Shown here in pieces: positions 61,700 to 64,000 of a stretch of DNA of 64,000 nt. Within the stretch, counting starts at the first letter, position 1. Each line of letters starts with the position of its first letter. The notes below the pieces were generated by a model. It saw nothing but the letters and a program-made list of their open reading frames with translations, did no database searches and was not told the origin of the DNA. This stretch comes from Raillietiella orientalis (lineage: Eukaryota): positions 744,001 to 808,000 of the forward strand of contig JAYWIR010000041.1 in assembly GCA_036172245.1 (NCBI GenBank), written 5' to 3'. The position numbers and the translations under genes were made by a program.

Positions 61700-64000
61700 T
61701 CTCTTAGATGGAGGTCCCTTTAACCTCCATCCGAGCTGGAGGTTCGTCTCTGGATTCGTATGCGCCGACCTTTGCAATACGAAAGCCGTGGCAGAGGGAT
61801 TTCTAGAAGACAGCTGCAACCATGGAGATCCACGGGCCGGCATACTTCCGCATGAAATCCTCATGCTTGCAGTGCGAGATGGGACGTTGCCATTCTAGGG
61901 AGGTCTAGAATTTCAGGGTCCTCAAAGAACTGCAGCGCCTCGGGGTGCTCGCGGATGACCTTCGGGAGCTGACGGTGCTGGGGAAAGGAAAGGGGATGGG
62001 ATTGAGCTGAGGAAGTAAGGCAGTGCTTCATCGCCTAATGAATTTACCAAATTAATGAACTCTGATTCCCATTCTGACGCATAATTCTTTCGCCTTTTAC
62101 TAAAGAATTCCGTGGATGGAGACGTCTAAATGAATTTACCAGTGAGTGAGGACGGTCGTGAAATTCACCCTCTTTCAGAGATGGGCCAATAGGGATCCAT
62201 CTGACTGGGATCACAGCCGACATGCTGAGGAACACGGTGCCGGCCGAGCTTGCGCGATCCTAGTCCATTTAGACTGTCCACGCGATCTGGCTCAAGACAG
62301 TCATCCACCGTCCATGTTCAAAGTGTTGACTGTGGTCGCTGGATCAGGCGTCCTCTATTGCACTGAACATCAGTGGAGAAATCTCAATGTCAGACACGTA
62401 GGGGAGATCCGACTTTGTGGATTTCGCAAGTCTTCCGGCCACACGAGGAACTCGAAGGTCAAAGAGGGTTCACGAGCGAGGCTCGTAGAAGGCCGACTCG
62501 GTGGAAGAGTCTCCGTGTTCACAGAGCCGCCTCAAAGAAAACAAAAATTCAATGAGAAAGGAGGTTACCCCTCTCATGCATCCTCATACGACGGAAACTC
62601 CCTTGGTCGTTTCCCCCATATTCCAGGCTCTGTGCGGCCGAGTGGATAGCTCCCGAAAGGAAGTGCTTCCGGCAGAAGCGCAGGCCAATGAGGTTTCGCC
62701 GAAGTCAAACCGGAAATTTTCGGAATTGACATGCAAATGGAAACGGTGACGGCTCGCGAGCGGCTAGATAAGAACGGGCATGGGTGAGGTCTGCAGGGTC
62801 GACGCGAGGCAGGGCGATAGCACTGCGGCTGCCATGCCTGTGGAACCCTCAGCATCTGATAAGATGGCCCTCTCTGGGGCTAGACGGAAGTATAGCCAGA
62901 AATCTGCTCCAGCGCGCCGGGTGCATCCGGTGCTGCCAGGGTGTGACAGAGAACAAAGCGACGTGCTGAATATCGCAGCCGTGCGGCCTTGCTACAGGGT
63001 GACGCTTCAAGACGAACAGTAAGGAAATGGCGCAAACGTTGTCCAGGACGACAGTCCTCTTGAGAGTTTGCTGAAAACTTCATTCCTGATTCCTTTTTTC
63101 TTTTCTTTTTTTATGGTTTCCCAAGTGCTGACGAACGGTTCGCCTTTCTGTGCGTGTGTGAAAAAAAACCCTGTAAGCACTGTCCACACCAGCTGAGGGT
63201 GCATGTAACTCTTCGGGTACACGCACCCTCGGGTACCTCAGGAGGGACCACCCCATCAATCCAGGAAGACTCTGGAGGAAGGCGTCCGTTCCTCTTGCGC
63301 TTTGGAGGGAACCTTCGCCCTGGTTGTCTCCGAAAGGAATCCCGAATGGAAACTTTTCTTTGCTCTTTCCGGAGGGGGCTGCTCCTCATTTATTCTCCGA
63401 AGGGAACACGGAAAGGATTCGCTCCTCTGAAGAGAACCCCGAAGGGACGCTTCCCGATTCCTCTCTGAAGACCGCTTCCCGATGGGAGCAGCGCGTTTCT
63501 TGGGCACTCTAGAGCGACAACCCCCGAAGGGGATATCCACCAGCCCCGTGGCACGCGATGGACGGCTCCCACCTTCGCACTCAGAAGGGAACCGGCTCCT
63601 TGATCACTGGAAGGACTGCGGGAGGTCAAACTTCCGATCCTGGCCGGTCAACGGTGGCATCCTGCTTCCGGTTTCGACCAGTAACGGGGGACTGGGAACC
63701 CATGACGCACCTATTTCTCGGCGTCGATCCTTCCCCGGGTGGAATTCGAACCCGAAGCGTTTGGCACCACGTGCGGAGACCGTAGCCCTGGTTGTCTTCG
63801 AAGAGCTGCCGGCGCGGTCACCGGGGTCGCGCTTAAGGCGCTCGCCGAAGGGTTCGACAGCCTCAGTGCCTGCTGTTCTTCGGATGCTTCTCGTCGCCCT
63901 CTCGCAACGCAGCTCCACGATTTCCCTCCGATTTGCACGGGCGGCCGCGCGACGTCGCTCCTTTTCACAGTTTGCTTGGCGGAGGCTCCGCGTTGTCCCG
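61700..64000 (-). mobile_element. Decayed non-LTR retrotransposon (ORF1-side sequence, APE, start of RT); runs off the window end
   Basis: The minus strand gives degenerate DF...CNRGRLI...DRVD...DPYWPI (APE) near 62170-62420 and CRPVDL (YRPISL-like) near 61840. The upstream part shares sequence with 41358-41580. Confidence 0.5.

Noticed and set aside
1..64000. CRISPR arrays, tRNA/rRNA genes, conserved miRNAs, telomeric repeats, antizyme-type frameshift
   Set aside because: None were seen on manual inspection; the sequence is intron-containing eukaryotic DNA. An Infernal or tRNAscan run would be needed to exclude divergent RNAs.

Overview
Eukaryotic (animal, arthropod-like invertebrate) genomic DNA; no prokaryotic features. 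The window has three zones. (1) 1-7 kb is a compact, AT-rich housekeeping cluster: 3' end of CLASP (+), CHTOP/FoP (-), SEM1/DSS1 (+) and a p24-gamma TMED3/7 gene (-). Most introns there are tiny (38-64 nt), and the two tail-to-tail gene pairs have stops only 45-55 nt apart. (2) About 8-49.5 kb is CpG-rich and full of decayed non-LTR retrotransposons (I/Jockey-like ORF1, APE and RNase H pieces; two L1/Tx1-type 3' ends; one R2/NeSL-like REL element). It also holds a CATIP-like terminal exon, poly-G tracts and an orphan CpG island at 37-39.4 kb. (3) About 51.8-57.8 kb is an RFX5/RFX7-class transcription factor gene (~922 aa) with a probable GC-AG intron, followed by more decayed LINEs. Best leads: a candidate poison exon in the one long CHTOP intron, a frame-preserving 15-nt RFX microexon, a 3' hairpin shared by two diverged L1/Tx1 elements, and an orphan promoter with a Kozak-perfect 42-aa sORF. 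All gene models were spliced by hand and homologies come from remembered motifs, not database searches. I found no convincing wholly new multi-gene system.
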